A stretch of 64,000 nt of DNA from Strigamia acuminata. Lineage: Eukaryota. This document shows positions 24,230-37,100 of this stretch, one piece after another. Location of the stretch: contig OX442314.1 in NCBI GenBank assembly GCA_949358305.1, forward strand, positions 372,001 through 436,000, given 5' to 3'. Within the stretch, counting starts at the first letter, position 1; every line of letters starts with the position of its first letter. The position numbers and the translations under genes are program-made. The notes under the pieces were generated by a model. It was not told where the DNA came from. It made no database searches and was given only the letters and a program-made list of their open reading frames with translations.

Positions 24230-24375
24230 TTATTTTCTGGATTATTTATTTTTTGAATATTTTATTTTATTTTTTGAATATTTTATTTTATTTTTTGAAT
24301 ATTTTATTTTATTTTTTGAGTTTTTTATTTTATTTTTTGGAATGTTTTATTTTATTTTTTGGAATATTTTATTTT
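24230..24375. repeat. ~21-bp T-rich minisatellite (ttttattttattttttgaata)
   Basis: Directly visible. Confidence 0.85.
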
Positions 24376-24591
24376 GTAAAATAAATATCGGAATGATATT
24401 ATTGGAAGTAACTGAATTCACTGTAATTGTAATAAAATAAAGATAAGAGAAGTTGGCTGTGAAGAATCTTTAATGAATAATCAATTCTCAGTTACAAGAC
24501 TCCTTTATATACTGGTATGTGGAATATTATGTAACATTATCGATGGTCGTAAAGCTGGAAAGCTGGAGAAGTATTTTTTGGAGTAAACATC

Positions 24592-25256
24592 TGTAATGCA
24601 GGGAAGCATTACATATTAGACTTCTAAACCCTGTCCGCATGTTCGTCTGCTACGATCTGTTGCTAAGAGTGCAGTGCAGGTTGTTCCAATATTCGCCGTA
24701 ATTCGCTTTTTTCGCCTTTATGACTATATTTGATTAAAAAACTAACCACGCCATCGTTTTCAGCGGCAAATTACACGTAGGAAACTTGATTTAAACATTC
24801 AAATTGTTTAGTTTTAAAAATCGGTCTTTTTCAAATCTCCCACTGAATTTGCCATGCAGTTGCCGAATTTCGTCGAACGTATCGATATTTTTTTTTGACC
24901 AAATCAAAATAAAAAATATACAAGTTCATGCAGATTTGGATTTCCAATCGATTGGGCTTGGTTCCAAAATTTTTAGACCTCATTTCTATAAAGTAAACAT
25001 CAAAAAGCGTATTGCGATGAAGATTTCAGGGCTCACGGGATCCGGCAGGTGGCGCTAGTACAATGTTACAATTTCCGGTGCGCGGATAGAAGTAGTATTG
25101 TTAGACGGCTAAAAGTGTACATTAATTCAACCGGAGGTCGGAAAATTGCGAAAAGACCCTACGATACTAATACAGGTACGCTGAATTTATTGCCGTTGTC
25201 CGTTTTGCTCTAGCTGCTACAGCTTTTGAGATATGGATGCGGACAGACTGACGGAC
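24592..25256 (-). mobile_element. DINE-1/Helentron-associated (HINE)-like element, minus-strand copy
   Basis: Reverse complement of both ends of 25750-26330: terminal hairpin tgtaatgc-agggaa-gcattaca, subTIR agacttctaaac, GGAC/AGAC microsatellite. Confidence 0.6.
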
Positions 25257-25295
25257 TGTAAGCATCATGTCATATCATTTTCTTAGAGTCACCTA

Positions 25296-25714
25296 CCGTC
25301 TTCACCCGAAAATAACACCATGGTGTTGTATTCGAGTTTTGTTGAAAACTGTCATTTTTGAAACATTGTTGAAAAATTTGAATATAACACCACTACAGCT
25401 ATAACACCATGGTGTTATATTCGAATATACACCCATGGTGTTATATTCAGATTTTTGATTGTTTTTCAAATACAACACCATGGTGTTACATTCAGATTTG
25501 GATAAAAATATTTAAAATGTACAGTATACCCTTGTTTTTGTCAATTTATATATTTTTTTTTGTTTTTTTAATCAGCCTAATGAATACAAATTTCCAGAGT
25601 AAATAACAATTTTACTTTTTTGACAAACTTCCATGATGTTGGCTGATTACTAGTATAACACCATGGTGTTATATTCGAATACAACACCATGGTCTTATTT
25701 TCGGGTGAGGACGG
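25296..25714. mobile_element. Tc1/mariner(pogo)-like MITE
   Basis: TA|CCGTCTTCACCCGAAAATAACACCATGG...CCATGGTCTTATTTTCGGGTGAGGACGG|TA; internal repeats of the palindrome AACACCATGGTGTT. Confidence 0.8.
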
Positions 25715-25749
25715 TAGTGACCTTTTCTGTCATCTTTAAGTTCGTTTTT

Positions 25750-26330
25750 TAGACTTCTAAACTCTATGTTTAGAAAGTCTTATGAAACGGTCATGTCCGT
25801 CCGTCAACCACGATTCCGCAAAAACTACCGCAGCTAGAGCGAAACGGACAACGGCATTAAATCGAGCATACCTATATTAGTATCCTAAGGTGTAATCAGA
25901 TTTCTCCGACCTCCGGTTGAATTAATAAACCGGTTTTAGTGCACTTTTAGCGGTGTATTCCATGAAAATTACGGAAATGACGTCATCATGACGACGTCAT
26001 TTCCGTAATTTTCATGGAATAGACTTGGGACAGACGGAAAACGGAAAACGAGAAACGGGAAATTATAACGACGGAAATGCGAAGCTACGGTAGTGAAACG
26101 TTCGTTGTACGCGATTGGTTTACATCCCGGCGCCGGCGTATTACGCGAATTTGGCGGCGTTCTGGGCGAAGAAGCTTTTGAAATTCAAAAGCTTCTTCGA
26201 ATTAAATCATTCAAAATTTGAATGATTTAATTGCGAAATTGGTTGTTTTGTGTCATTAATTTAGTATTATTATTTTTTTAATTAGGGGCAGGGTTTAGAA
26301 GTCTCATGTGTAATGCTTCCCTGCATTACA
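25750..26330 (+). mobile_element. DINE-1/HINE-like element, plus-strand copy
   Basis: T-run insertion site, 5' subTIR agacttctaaac with adjacent short IR, GTCC microsatellite, 3' subTIR gtttagaagtct, terminal stem-loop. Confidence 0.65.
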
Positions 26331-27678
26331 AATCCCTGCTTGTTGTAAGCGACGCTAGAGCGCACTTGTTACCAAGATGGCAGGTCAAAACGACGCGCAA
26401 TGTAAAATTACCGTTAAAGGCAAGTAAACATCTTTCGTTTTACATTTTACAACTCGACTTGGACTCAAATTCGACCACAAGGAGTCAGCCGACATCTTGT
26501 GTTACATGGCGCAGTCGACATTCGAAAAGAATTTTGTGAAGTGAAATATGAGAAATTTTTGAACTTGAAGGGGAAGAAATTTTTGTGTGAACAATACTAC
26601 ATTTTCGTGAGTGAAAAATGATGTCACGGGAACAGTAAGACAAAATTCGATCGCTTTTACTGCCTAAACGTTTCATTTTATCAACATTTTCGCCAAAAAA
26701 CGGACTATTTCACCAAACGGCAATTTCAACTCCCGGTTCAAAATTTTGACACCAGATGGCGACCCAACCCATGAATCAGCTACGATACGATCAGCTGATG
26801 GAATTGGACATCAAAGACCTTCAAGATGAATGTCAACTAAGAGGAATTTATCGAAGGGTATGCATTGATCGCCAGACCGCTTTCGTAGCTGTTACGGGGC
26901 AGGAAAACGGAAATTGCCAAAGTTGCCCGCGGAAAATCCACCAACAATAAGATAGTAGGATGGACAGCGGAACACTCTGAAGCAACACGAATCCTCAAAG
27001 AAAAATTGAAGCCACCACCGATTTTGGAACATTTTTCACCGGAAAGGAAAACACACATCCATGAAATTGTCATCGAATACGCAAGCCAAACAACCACGCC
27101 ACGTGAAGAAACAATGCATTTCAACTTACTCCAGTGATGGGAAAATTCCGGATTTATGTCATTGGATTGGAGAAAGTGCACGTGTGGACGGACAATTGGT
27201 GCGTTTCTTACATCAATGCATCCAAGCAGATAAATAAAAAATTTGCACGCATTGCATTGGATCTTCAGGAACTGCCACTACAGATCCACCACAAAGCAGG
27301 ACAAGCAAATGTGGTTGCGACGCGCTATCGAGGCCGCCATTATGCGCTGCTTTGGTGTTGGTCGCAGAAGAATCGAGATTGGAGCTGTTACAACGTTCGG
27401 ATGCGGAATTACTGGAGATTTCGACAATCATTAAAGGGAAACCGACGGAAAACCCAAGATACCTGAAATTGTCTAAGGAATTTCACATTAATTTGTCGGG
27501 CATACTGTGTCGTTCGTACACAAATGCAAAAGAGTACACCAAAGTTCAAATCGTTGTTCCAACATCGCTTCGTGGGGACATTTTGAACAAATTTCACAAC
27601 GAAAATGGGCACATGGATAAAGCACGCACGAAAGCCAGCATCCAGGCCAAACTCTGGTGGAAAACTCCAGACAAAGAT

Positions 27679-30255
27679 TGTGAGCATAGTGCTTTCCCTG
27701 GCGGTCAGTCTTGACCAGTTCCTGATTTGTTCTGTATTTATCTTGGAATTAGAATAAAGTCAGTCTTGTAACTACATTCAACATAACTGGTTGTCTTTAC
27801 ATTCTCATATGGCGCAGTCGAACTGAAAGAACCTAGAAAAGGGGATAGATTTGCGGAATTGATCGGTAGATCGGTAGAATCGTAGGAAGCTTCGGTTCGA
27901 TCGTTCGTGGAAAATCGTGCGTTATACGTTTGACACGTGTGGATAACGCAAGCGACCATTTTATCGGTATTCGCGTTTGGAAAGCGGCGTGGTCACCATC
28001 AAAAAATGTCTGACCAACTGAATACTCTACTGTGGTCGTGTGAAGAAGACGTATTGGACCTATTTACCATGGCCCCTCTCAACACCGAGGCGGAGCGACG
28101 GCAATTGGTCGTGACGGGAGGACACAAGCATCTCTTTGTGGATTCCTTGCTAGCAGACAACAGACAGGCGGCGACGACGAGGACAGCGGCAGCGGCGGCG
28201 GAGAGGAAGCGGATCGAATTAGAAAATTTCCGGGCCAACGAGGACGCAAGACTCGAAGCAGAAGAGGCCGAGGAAACGAGAAGACGTGAGGCGGCCGAGA
28301 CTGCGCGAATTTCGGCGGCAGGTCCCGGTAATGCAGTCGATGCTCTCGCCCAGCAAATGGCGGCGATGATGCAGCATTTGGTGATCTCGCAGCAAATGGC
28401 GGCCCAACAACAACAAGTGGCGGCTCAGCAAGTACAACAGTTAGCCGCTCAGAACGCGGCGATTTTACAACAACTGGCCGTTGCTTCGCAGAGACCGGCA
28501 GCCCCGCCGCAAACCGTCGTTCAGATGCATTCATCGGTCGACACCGCGAAGGCAATTTCCGTATTTACGGGCGACGTCAAGGAAAGCGTCTCTTCTTGGC
28601 TGAAGGAAGTGGATCGAGCGTCGAAGCTGTCGGGCTGGTCGGACGAACTGACGTTGTTGAACGCCGCGACGAGGCTCGAAGGACAAGCCAACGATTGGCA
28701 GAAAACCGAAGGAAAAAATATCAACGTTCTGGCGCAATGGACAGCGCTTTTGCGAGAACGGTTCAAATCACGATTACAATTGAACGAATTGTTTACGATG
28801 CAAGACAAACGAAAACTGGAGGCGAATGAATCAGTAGTACAATATATCTACTCAAAAAACGCAATTTTGGAGAGGTCGGCCTCCATTCTCGGCGACGCTG
28901 ACCGCATTTCGCTGATTTTGGCCGGAATCGAGGACCGGACGATTTCTTACCCACTCCAATTGGACAACGTGGGAACAGTGGCGGAATTAATCGAACGTGC
29001 ACGTCGCTTGGACGCATCCAGACCAGTGGACCACGCGGACGAAATCGATATGAAACGATCGGGTAAAGACATTTTATTGCCAAAAAGTGCTTCGAGTTTT
29101 GCTGTTTCACCGAAAGATTCTGGTGCGCTTGGGTCGTCCGCGCGTGGCCCTGTGTTTAGAACTGGCATGGACAAATCCTTGCTCACCTGCTACAGGTGTG
29201 GTGTCGTCGGTCATCTGTCGTTCGAGTGTCCATCGGTAGTTCCGGGCGTGGAGAAAACGGCAGACAAGGTCGTCACGTGTTTGATTTTTAAGAAAGGGTT
29301 GGGGGTGGCGAGCGCTGGCGAAATGGAAAATTGTGTGGCAGCCATGGCAAGTGGCGATAGCTTTTCGGCTGCAGTTGACGAAATCGAAGCGAAATTTGAC
29401 GAAAACGAAGCGAAATCTGATGGGAACGAAGCAAAATTTGACAAACACGAGACGAAATTGGACAAGGACAAGACGAAATCGGACGAGGACAAGACGAAAT
29501 CGGACGAAGACAAGACGAAATCGGACGAGGACAAGACAAAATTGGACGAGGACAAGACGAAATTGGACGAGGACAAGACGAAATTGGTTAGAAATGCAAC
29601 AAAACTAGAATTTGATGGGTGGAGCGGTGAAAACGACGCGTGGGATAGCGACAGTGACGCGTGTAGCAGTAATGACGATGCGCGAATCAACGACTTTGGC
29701 AAGAACGACTCGAAAATCGACGAGAATGGCGATAATGACGCGGAGACTGACGAAAACGGCAAGAACGACTCGAAAACCGACGAGAATGGCGATAGTGACG
29801 CGAAAACCGGTGAGAATGGCGATATCGACGTGAAGACCGACGATGGTGGCGAGAAATACGATGGGAACATGGCGAATCGGAGCGGGAACAGGTCGAGCCA
29901 TGGGGGAAGGGACGCAAGAAGGGGAACTACCAATTAAAGGACCAGCGAGCTACGAAAGTAATCAAGTTGGAGTGCCATTTTAATAATTGTCGAGGACGAC
30001 AATCAAGTAGGGGGTTCATGTTAATACTGGAAAACGCACCGTCGGAAGATCGAATCGTGTTGAGGGGCGTGGGCGGAGTTCGTAGCGGACATTGTCGAGG
30101 ACGACAATCACGGAGGAGGGGTTGTGTGAGCATAGTGCTCCCCCTGGCGGTCAGTCTTGACCAGTTCCTGATTTGTTCTGTATTTATCTTGGAATTGGAA
30201 TAAAGTCAGTCTTGTAACTACATTCAACATAACTGGTTGTCTTTACATTCTCATA
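27679..30255 (+). mobile_element. Gag-only LTR retrotransposon (TR-GAG-like), 2577 bp
   Basis: 131-bp LTRs 27679-27809 and 30125-30255 (3 substitutions seen), TSD AAGAT, PBS TGGCGCAGTCG at 27810, purine tract at ~30111-30121, a single long ORF. Confidence 0.9.
28006..29937 (+). CDS. gag: Gypsy-type Gag (643 aa) with coiled-coil/Q-rich N-terminus, capsid, CCHC knuckle and acidic repetitive tail
   Basis: FTGDVKESVSSWLKEV...RLEGQANDW...LRERF; CYRCGVVGHLSFEC; K(S/L)DEDKT heptads and ENG(D/K)ND repeats; no protease or RT motifs. Confidence 0.85.
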   Translation: MSDQLNTLLWSCEEDVLDLFTMAPLNTEAERRQLVVTGGHKHLFVDSLLADNRQAATTRTAAAAAERKRIELENFRANEDARLEAEEAEETRRREAAETARISAAGPGNAVDALAQQMAAMMQHLVISQQMAAQQQQVAAQQVQQLAAQNAAILQQLAVASQRPAAPPQTVVQMHSSVDTAKAISVFTGDVKESVSSWLKEVDRASKLSGWSDELTLLNAATRLEGQANDWQKTEGKNINVLAQWTALLRERFKSRLQLNELFTMQDKRKLEANESVVQYIYSKNAILERSASILGDADRISLILAGIEDRTISYPLQLDNVGTVAELIERARRLDASRPVDHADEIDMKRSGKDILLPKSASSFAVSPKDSGALGSSARGPVFRTGMDKSLLTCYRCGVVGHLSFECPSVVPGVEKTADKVVTCLIFKKGLGVASAGEMENCVAAMASGDSFSAAVDEIEAKFDENEAKSDGNEAKFDKHETKLDKDKTKSDEDKTKSDEDKTKSDEDKTKLDEDKTKLDEDKTKLVRNATKLEFDGWSGENDAWDSDSDACSSNDDARINDFGKNDSKIDENGDNDAETDENGKNDSKTDENGDSDAKTGENGDIDVKTDDGGEKYDGNMANRSGNRSSHGGRDARRGTTN

Positions 30256-30501
30256 AAGATGTTAAAACTTTTGTCGAAAGCTGCGAAATTTGTCAACGAA
30301 CGAATCGTCGAACAACGAAACCCATTGGTTACTTACACCCACCGTTTCACCAACCGTTTCAAGCGATTTCAATCGATCACATTGGCCCGTTACCATTGAC
30401 AGATGATGGCAACAAATACGTAATCTTCTGCACGGACCATGCAACATGCACACCTGTTGCTCGAGCGATCGTATCAACTGCAGCGTGCCACGTGATACAG
30501 T

Positions 30502-30905
30502 TTTCCACACTCAAGAGGAGCCTGGAATCTTGGCTCCCATTGGCCTAGTCTGATTACTCAGAACTGTAGTTGAACTTCTGCTACGAGGAAAAGTAATTCC
30601 CTATGATTTTTAGTCGTTTTCAGTAGAATAATGATTGAAATGATGTGCATTTAATGTTACTCTAGAATAAAAAGTAATTTCCATTTTAAAAATAAAGTTT
30701 TATGTTCTTTTTGTTTTAAAATGCATGTTTGTTAAGTTGATCGTTTGCTTTCTCAGGACAGAAAATCTATTGCAATGGTATTGATATCTGTATATCTGTA
30801 TAATGCAATTCTAGTGTTTTGGGTCTTTTTTTACGTATCACTACACAAGTGAAATAGCTCGGTCAATGGGAGCCAAGATTCCAGGGCTCCTCTTGAGTGT
30901 GGAAA
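30502..30905. mobile_element. MITE with ~42-bp TIRs, truncating the integrase remnant
   Basis: tttccacactcaagaggagcctggaatcttggctcccattg ... caatgggagccaagattccagggctcctcttgagtgtggaaa. Confidence 0.75.
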
Positions 30906-30920
30906 GAGTATATGCAAATA

Positions 30921-31350
30921 CCGTATTACCCCGCTTATTGCCACATGCCGGTGTAGTGCGAGTATTACCGGCATGCCGATAAACCCCGTTTTTAACGGTA
31001 TGCCGGTGTAAGTGAGTACAATTTTTTTTTTAATTTTGAGCCCAAAACTTGCTTAAAACGCATACTTAGATGTCCAAAATGTAGGAAATTGGCCGAAATT
31101 TCTATAAAGGTTCCACAAAATTTAGTAGTAATCTTCAGAATATCAAGAAAACTTAAATTTCAGGCCAAAATTGTAACATAATTTATCATCTGGGCTCTTT
31201 TAAACAAAAAAAAACAAAAAACCAATTTTTTCACTTATACCGGCATGTTTCGCTCTATACCGGCATGCCGTTATAGATTTTTTACACGCGATTTCAAAAC
31301 TGTGATGAACCCATGCCCAACGGCATGCAGCAATAGGCGGGGTAATATGG
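30921..31350. mobile_element. Tc1/mariner(pogo)-like MITE
   Basis: TA|CCGTATTACCCCGCTTATTGC...GCAATAGGCGGGGTAATATGG|TA; internal CCGGCATG repeats. Confidence 0.75.
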
Positions 31351-31689
31351 TAAGCTTGAGTACAATGGTCGACTCCTGAGTCCGCTCTTCTACATCCAAC
31401 ACCATCGATACAATCCGAATCAAAGAACACTTTAATTAGCAAGGAGGGATGGGATATTCGTTTCAAGAACACTATCCACAAGTTTTGAGTGTCTTAATGC
31501 AAGTTTCGACGATTTTCGGACTTTCCGACCACATGCGCGCGTGCTAGGCCTAAAATTTCTCCATTTTTGTATTCTTTTGTCGTTTCAATGCCACTGACCG
31601 GGAACCTCGTGAAGTACAATCCATAGGTCAATTGGTCCACTTATTTGTTCCAAATTAAGTCCATCTTTGCGTGCAATAAAATAACCGAA

Positions 31690-32319
31690 GACGCCGGCAG
31701 GGTCAACTACCTGTTGGCTTAAGTCGGGATTGCAACCGTGCAGAAAATCCTGGATTTGGTTTGACCCAAAAATCCTACAACGATGAAATACGACGAAATC
31801 GTGCAGCTCGTGGAAAAACACCAGAAACCGAAGCCGCTGGCCCAGGGTGAGCTGATTCGCTTCCGATCGCGTCATCGCAACAAAGGCAAGATGGTTACGG
31901 AGTTCGCTGACGCTTTATAAGCGCTCACAACATATTGCGAGTTGGGTGATAATCTCAATAATGAGTTGAGAAATCAATTCATTTTTGGTCTCAACATGCG
32001 TGCGGTCTAGGAAACGCTCTACCTGCAGAGCAATTTCACCTTTGAGAAAGCTTTAGCTACCGCCATAGCAACTGAGTTGGCCAGCTTCGACATCATGAGT
32101 TTCGCCGACACGTCCACAACCGTTCACCAAGTCGGCAACGCTGCTAAACACAAGACGGATGCGTGCAAAAGTGACAAACGCTTCTCGAGGGGCACCACTG
32201 GACCACAACAGAAGCCATCGGGAGCGAAACACCAACGCGACTCGGACAAGTGCTTGTCATGCGGTGGAAAAGGCCACAGACGTGCAGACTGCAAATTTTG
32301 TAGGACATCCACAGAATAA
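31690..32319 (+). pseudogene. gag: Decayed gypsy gag
   Basis: KYDEIVQLVEKHQKPKP...FADAL*AL...CELGDNLNNELRNQFIFGL...TFEKALATA...CLSCGGKGHRRADC, with several stops. Confidence 0.75.
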
Positions 32320-32495
32320 GAACGCAGTGGAAGCACTGGAATACCTGGCATCAGGAAATATCCTATCTCAAAAATGACGGGCGGCAGTTTGGTCGGCTGC
32401 GCTGCAGCACGTCTTCCACGCGTTAAAGTACGTCAACGTTGGGTTCCACGTACGACGTGTACACCGGCAACAAATTATCAAAAAATTAAATAATT

Positions 32496-33185
32496 GGGTC
32501 CCATTTAAAACCCCACTAAAGTTCCTTGGATTTCCACTAAAAATAAACTAAATCTCACACTGACTGATTTTTTCACTATCGGTAATTTTTTGTCTCACTA
32601 ATTTAGCTAAGGCAAAAAAAAACTATTATTTTCCACTAAAATTAAATTGGCAAGAAAAAACTGATTTTACCACTACTATTACTACATTGGTAAGATAGTT
32701 TTGCGAACGTTTTGCGAACGTTTTGCACCACAAGTCCGTCTCAGCGGGCAAAGAGGACAACCAACCATCCCCCCGCATGGTTTACGAGCCCCCCAACAGT
32801 CGCCTGCTCCCGTAAGCGAGTCCCCACCAAGGCCCCAGTCCTAGTCACGTGTCGGGACCCAACATGTCCTCGATGCCCCTCGCAACCGAGTCCCCACTAA
32901 GGCCCCAGTCCTAGTCCCGTGTCGGGACCCAGTCCCAACAAGACCTCGGACTCTCCGTTGAGATGCCGGGCCTTCATTTCATAATAGGAGAAAAAGTGGA
33001 TGTAATAAGTTTTTTTAGTGGAAAAATAAGTTTCGTTTAAATAAATATTTTTAGTGAAAAAAATATTTTTTTTGGCTTAGTTAGTGGGACAAAAAATTAC
33101 CAATAGTGGAAAAACCAGTCAGTGTAAGATTTAGTTTTTTTTAGTGGAAATCCAACCCATTTTAGTGGGATTTTAATTTAGGCCC
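32496..33185. mobile_element. Foldback/MITE with long degenerate TIRs (GGG...CCC termini, PIF/Harbinger-like)
   Basis: Arms ccactaaa...aaactaaatctcacactgactg mirrored by cagtcagtgtaagatttagttt...tttagtgg; internal ~45-bp direct repeat at 32817-32931; no clean TSD. Confidence 0.65.
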
Positions 33186-34179
33186 TAAATAATTGTATCA
33201 AAAATTAATGTACATACATACTTAATGCTAATTAAAAATTGAGTGTGTTCTTGTTTTTAGTGAAAGTGAAAAGTGCTTTATTTCATGCTGGAAATATGAT
33301 GATTTTGGGACTTTTTGTGTAACAAGCATGTGAGGAAAAAACATCGAGTAAACGTGTGGGGGTCAGCCAGCATGCATACAAATATGGGGTAGTGTTTAAA
33401 TACTACAAACAGTTGGTTCTCATGCTTGTATGAATTTTTCAGGAACTTCTCTTGTTTTTAGACAACTCAATCTTGGCTAAACCTGCCATACAATCCAAAA
33501 TCTAATTCGGATATATCGATGCCCGCTGCAACTATAAATTTTTTCGTGATTGTGAACACAATTTCCACTTCTTAGATAGTGTGCGGTTTATATGATCGCA
33601 GCAAGAATTAGACAGCAATTTCAGAGGAATTTTGAAATAGGAGTTAATGCAAAACCTTATAAAAGTCGGTTGTAATGTTGTATTGATTATTGGTCTTTTT
33701 TTCGGGGATCTCTTCCGTCTCATTCACAATGCCAAAACCAGAACTGCCATTTTGTTTTTTTTACAATTAGTATAATAAAAAGCAAGTTTTCAAATATAGG
33801 CAATGCAACCCAGTATTAGCCTATGAGAATCAGGCTGATAAATATTTATCACACAATTATTATTCACCGTTAAAGGTTTTTGCTTCAATTGACGGCCCGG
33901 TGAAAGGTACACTTCAATTAAACCTGCAGCAGAAATGAAAAACAAAAACTAATAACAATTGTTTTCAACATTAAAAGTCTTCTAATTACATTCAGTAAAG
34001 GGTTCAGGTGTTAAGAATTGCTTTAAAGTGTTTTTCATTTGATAGTATTTAGGCAATAATAGCTAAATTCTATTATGTGAGGCAATTAACCACAGATGTT
34101 CAGTTGATCGTTTTTTCTTTGATTACTATATAAGCTCACAATCTCACATTGAAACTTCACTCTTCAATCCATTGGACGA

Positions 34180-37100
34180 ATGAAGATGTTTCTCCAAAGA
34201 GAGAGACATACTTGGCTGTTCGTGGTTTTGCAGCTTTCAGGTAATTTTTTTCAGTTTGGAAAGAGAAAACTTCTTGTTTGACATTGAAATAATTATAAAT
34301 CATGATTCATACATTTATTTCAGTTATTGGATTGATATCATCGTACAACTTGATTCCAAAACACTTCAATGATGTAAATAAGGCTTTGCACCATGTAGTA
34401 GGCCATGTACAACATCGAATTCCTTCAGCAACCACAACTCATAGTCGAACATATTCCACTTCATCGTCTTCTGGTGGAACGTCTTGGAGTGGATCTTCTT
34501 CCAGTGGATCATCTTCAAGTGGATCATCTTCTGGTGGATCTTCTTCTGGTGGATCATCTTCCAGTGGAACTTCTAGTAGATCATCTTCCAGTCAAAGTGT
34601 TGAATATTTCACTGTTGATCTGCAGTTTGTTCAACTGATTCAAGAAGTTAGAGCCTCAACTAAAGCGGTTAAGGTCCATGCTCAAAGACATCAAGATGGC
34701 CTCTACAAACTGACAGTAACCACTGACAAAGGAACAAAAACATATGACAAATTATCAAAAGCCACGTTTGACTTGTTTGCCAAATTACTTAAAAATCCAA
34801 GATTGCAAATTAAAGAAGTAGGAAAAGTTGGGTCAAAAGTTAAAATTGCTGTTTCTCCTGAACCACCAAAACCAACAAATATTTTTAAAATAAAATCCCA
34901 ACTTTTGGATGCAGTCAATAGAATAAGAAAAGGAGGTTATTCAATTCAAATATCAACAAAAGGCAATAAGTACACAATAACTGTGACTAATAAGTCAAGC
35001 GGAAAAAAGGAAACCTATGCTGATCTACCGGCAAATACTGGCGAAGCTTTTATTCGATTGCTCAAAGATCCTTCTTTACAGTACCAAGTTATAGGCAAAT
35101 CAGGAGACGAAGATGTATTGTTTATTCCCAACTACAGTGGAAAGCAAACAAAAATAACAGTTAAATCGCTGTTTTTGACATTGCTAAAACAGGTGCGAAA
35201 TCATCCGAGCAATCATATAAGAATTCAACCCGGAACCGATGGTAAATATGAGTTGACCGTTGAAGATGGAAAAAAACAGTCCAAAACCTACAAGCACATA
35301 GACCCAAACCTACTCTTTTCTTTTGTCGAACTTATTAAGAATCCTAATTTGCAATATAAAGTCTCGCCAGCTGCTAATGGAGAATTTACTGTGACTGTTG
35401 TGGATCAACCTGACGACCTCAACACGGGGACAATTGGAAAAGGAATTGAGTACTACATCGTTAAACCACAATTCGTTCAACTGATCAGGCAAGTCCGGAA
35501 ATCAACTAAAGCGGTTAAAATCAAATATCAGCCAGAAGACGATGGCTTGTTGACGGTAACCTTAACGACTGACAAAGGAACAAAAACCTACAAGAAAATA
35601 CCTAGAGACATTTTATCCTTGTTTGTAAAATTACTCAAGAATCCAACTTTGCAAATCACGGAAGTGGGAAAAGAGGGTTTCAACGTAAAAATTGCTGTAT
35701 CTCCTGAACCGCCAAAACCATCAAATATTATTACGGTGAAGCCCGAATTCTTAGAAGTCGTAAAAAAAATAAGGAAAGGAGGCTATTCAATTCAAATAGC
35801 AACATCAGGTGATACGTACACAATAACTGTAACTGACGACTCAAATGGAAAAAAGAAAACCTATTCAGATGTGCCAGCTAAAATTGGTGATGCTTTTATT
35901 CGATTGGTTAAGAATCCCTCATTGCCGTATGAAATTTTAGGCAAATCAGGAGATAAATCTTATTTGTTTATTCCTGACAATAGTGCAGCGCAAACAACAT
36001 TTACAGTGAAACCACTGTTTTTGACATTGCTGAAACAAGTACGAGAACATCCAGAAAATAGAATTCAAATTCAACCAGGAACCGATGGCAAATATGAGTT
36101 AACTATCCATGAAGGGAAGAAAGGATCTAAAACATACAAGCACATTGATCCAAATTTGCTATTTGTTTTTATTAAACTTATTAAGAATCCTGATTTGCAA
36201 TTTAAGCTTTCACCAGCAGCTACTGGACAATTTACGATTACGCTTGAAGAGCAACCTGAGGACCTCAACATTGGGACCCTTGATTCTGATAAATTTTTAG
36301 AATTAATAACCAAGGCTAAGAGTGATCCATCATACAACTTGAGAATTGGCACTGGGAAAAATGGTTTGGAGCTTGTCATCACTCACAATGGCAAAACAAA
36401 AAAATATCCATTACCGGCTAAATTCTTAAACATTATTGTTCAATTGCTTCAATCGCTTAGGACTCCAAAAACAGTCAAGCATAATGGCCAAACAACTTTT
36501 ATTCTGTCGGACGAAGAAACACAAACACCAATCCAAGTAGACGTCGAGTTCACTGATTTGATTGAAGAAATCAAGAAGAATCCGACATCAAACTTCAAGT
36601 TCAAGGTTGAACCTTCCAAAAATGGAAAATTCAATGTTATTGTCTTCATCGATGGAAAACCAAAAGAATTGAAAGACCAATCTCCTGAAGCTGTAAAGTT
36701 TCTGATGAAAGTAACAAAAAATCCAAAACTACCAATTCATGTCACCAAAGAAAAACCTAAACCACAACAAGATCAAACTACTTTTATTGTGGCGGACGAA
36801 GAAACAAACTCATTGATTGAAGTCGACGTTGAGTTCACTGATTTGATTGAAGAGATAAAGAAGAATCCAAAGTCAAACATCAAGTACAAGGTGGAACCTT
36901 CTAAAAACGGAAAATCCAATATTATTGTCTACATTAATGGAAAACCAAATAAGTTGAAAGACCAATCCCCTGAAGCTATCAAGTTTCTGATCAAAGTAAC
37001 AAAAAATCCAAATTTGCCGATTCACATTGTCAAAGAAGAACCTAAACCTAGAGAACCAACTTTTGTTGTGACGGACGATGAAACAAACACACCGATAACA

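Larger units (their letters stand above)
26344..30500 (+). mobile_element. Decayed, internally deleted Ty3/gypsy element (LTR 26344-26506, PBS 26507-26517) interrupted by a nested element
   Basis: TGTAA...TTACA LTR, PBS TGGCGCAGTCG (tRNA-Ser-like), RNase H remnant (VHVWTDN...IHHKAGQANVVA) and integrase HNENGH...WW / VESCEICQR...ISIDHIGP split at the AAGAT TSD. Confidence 0.8.

Noticed and set aside
28006..29937. Domesticated Arc/PNMA-like gag gene
   Set aside because: Still flanked by near-identical LTRs, PBS and TSD, so it behaves as a recent transposon.
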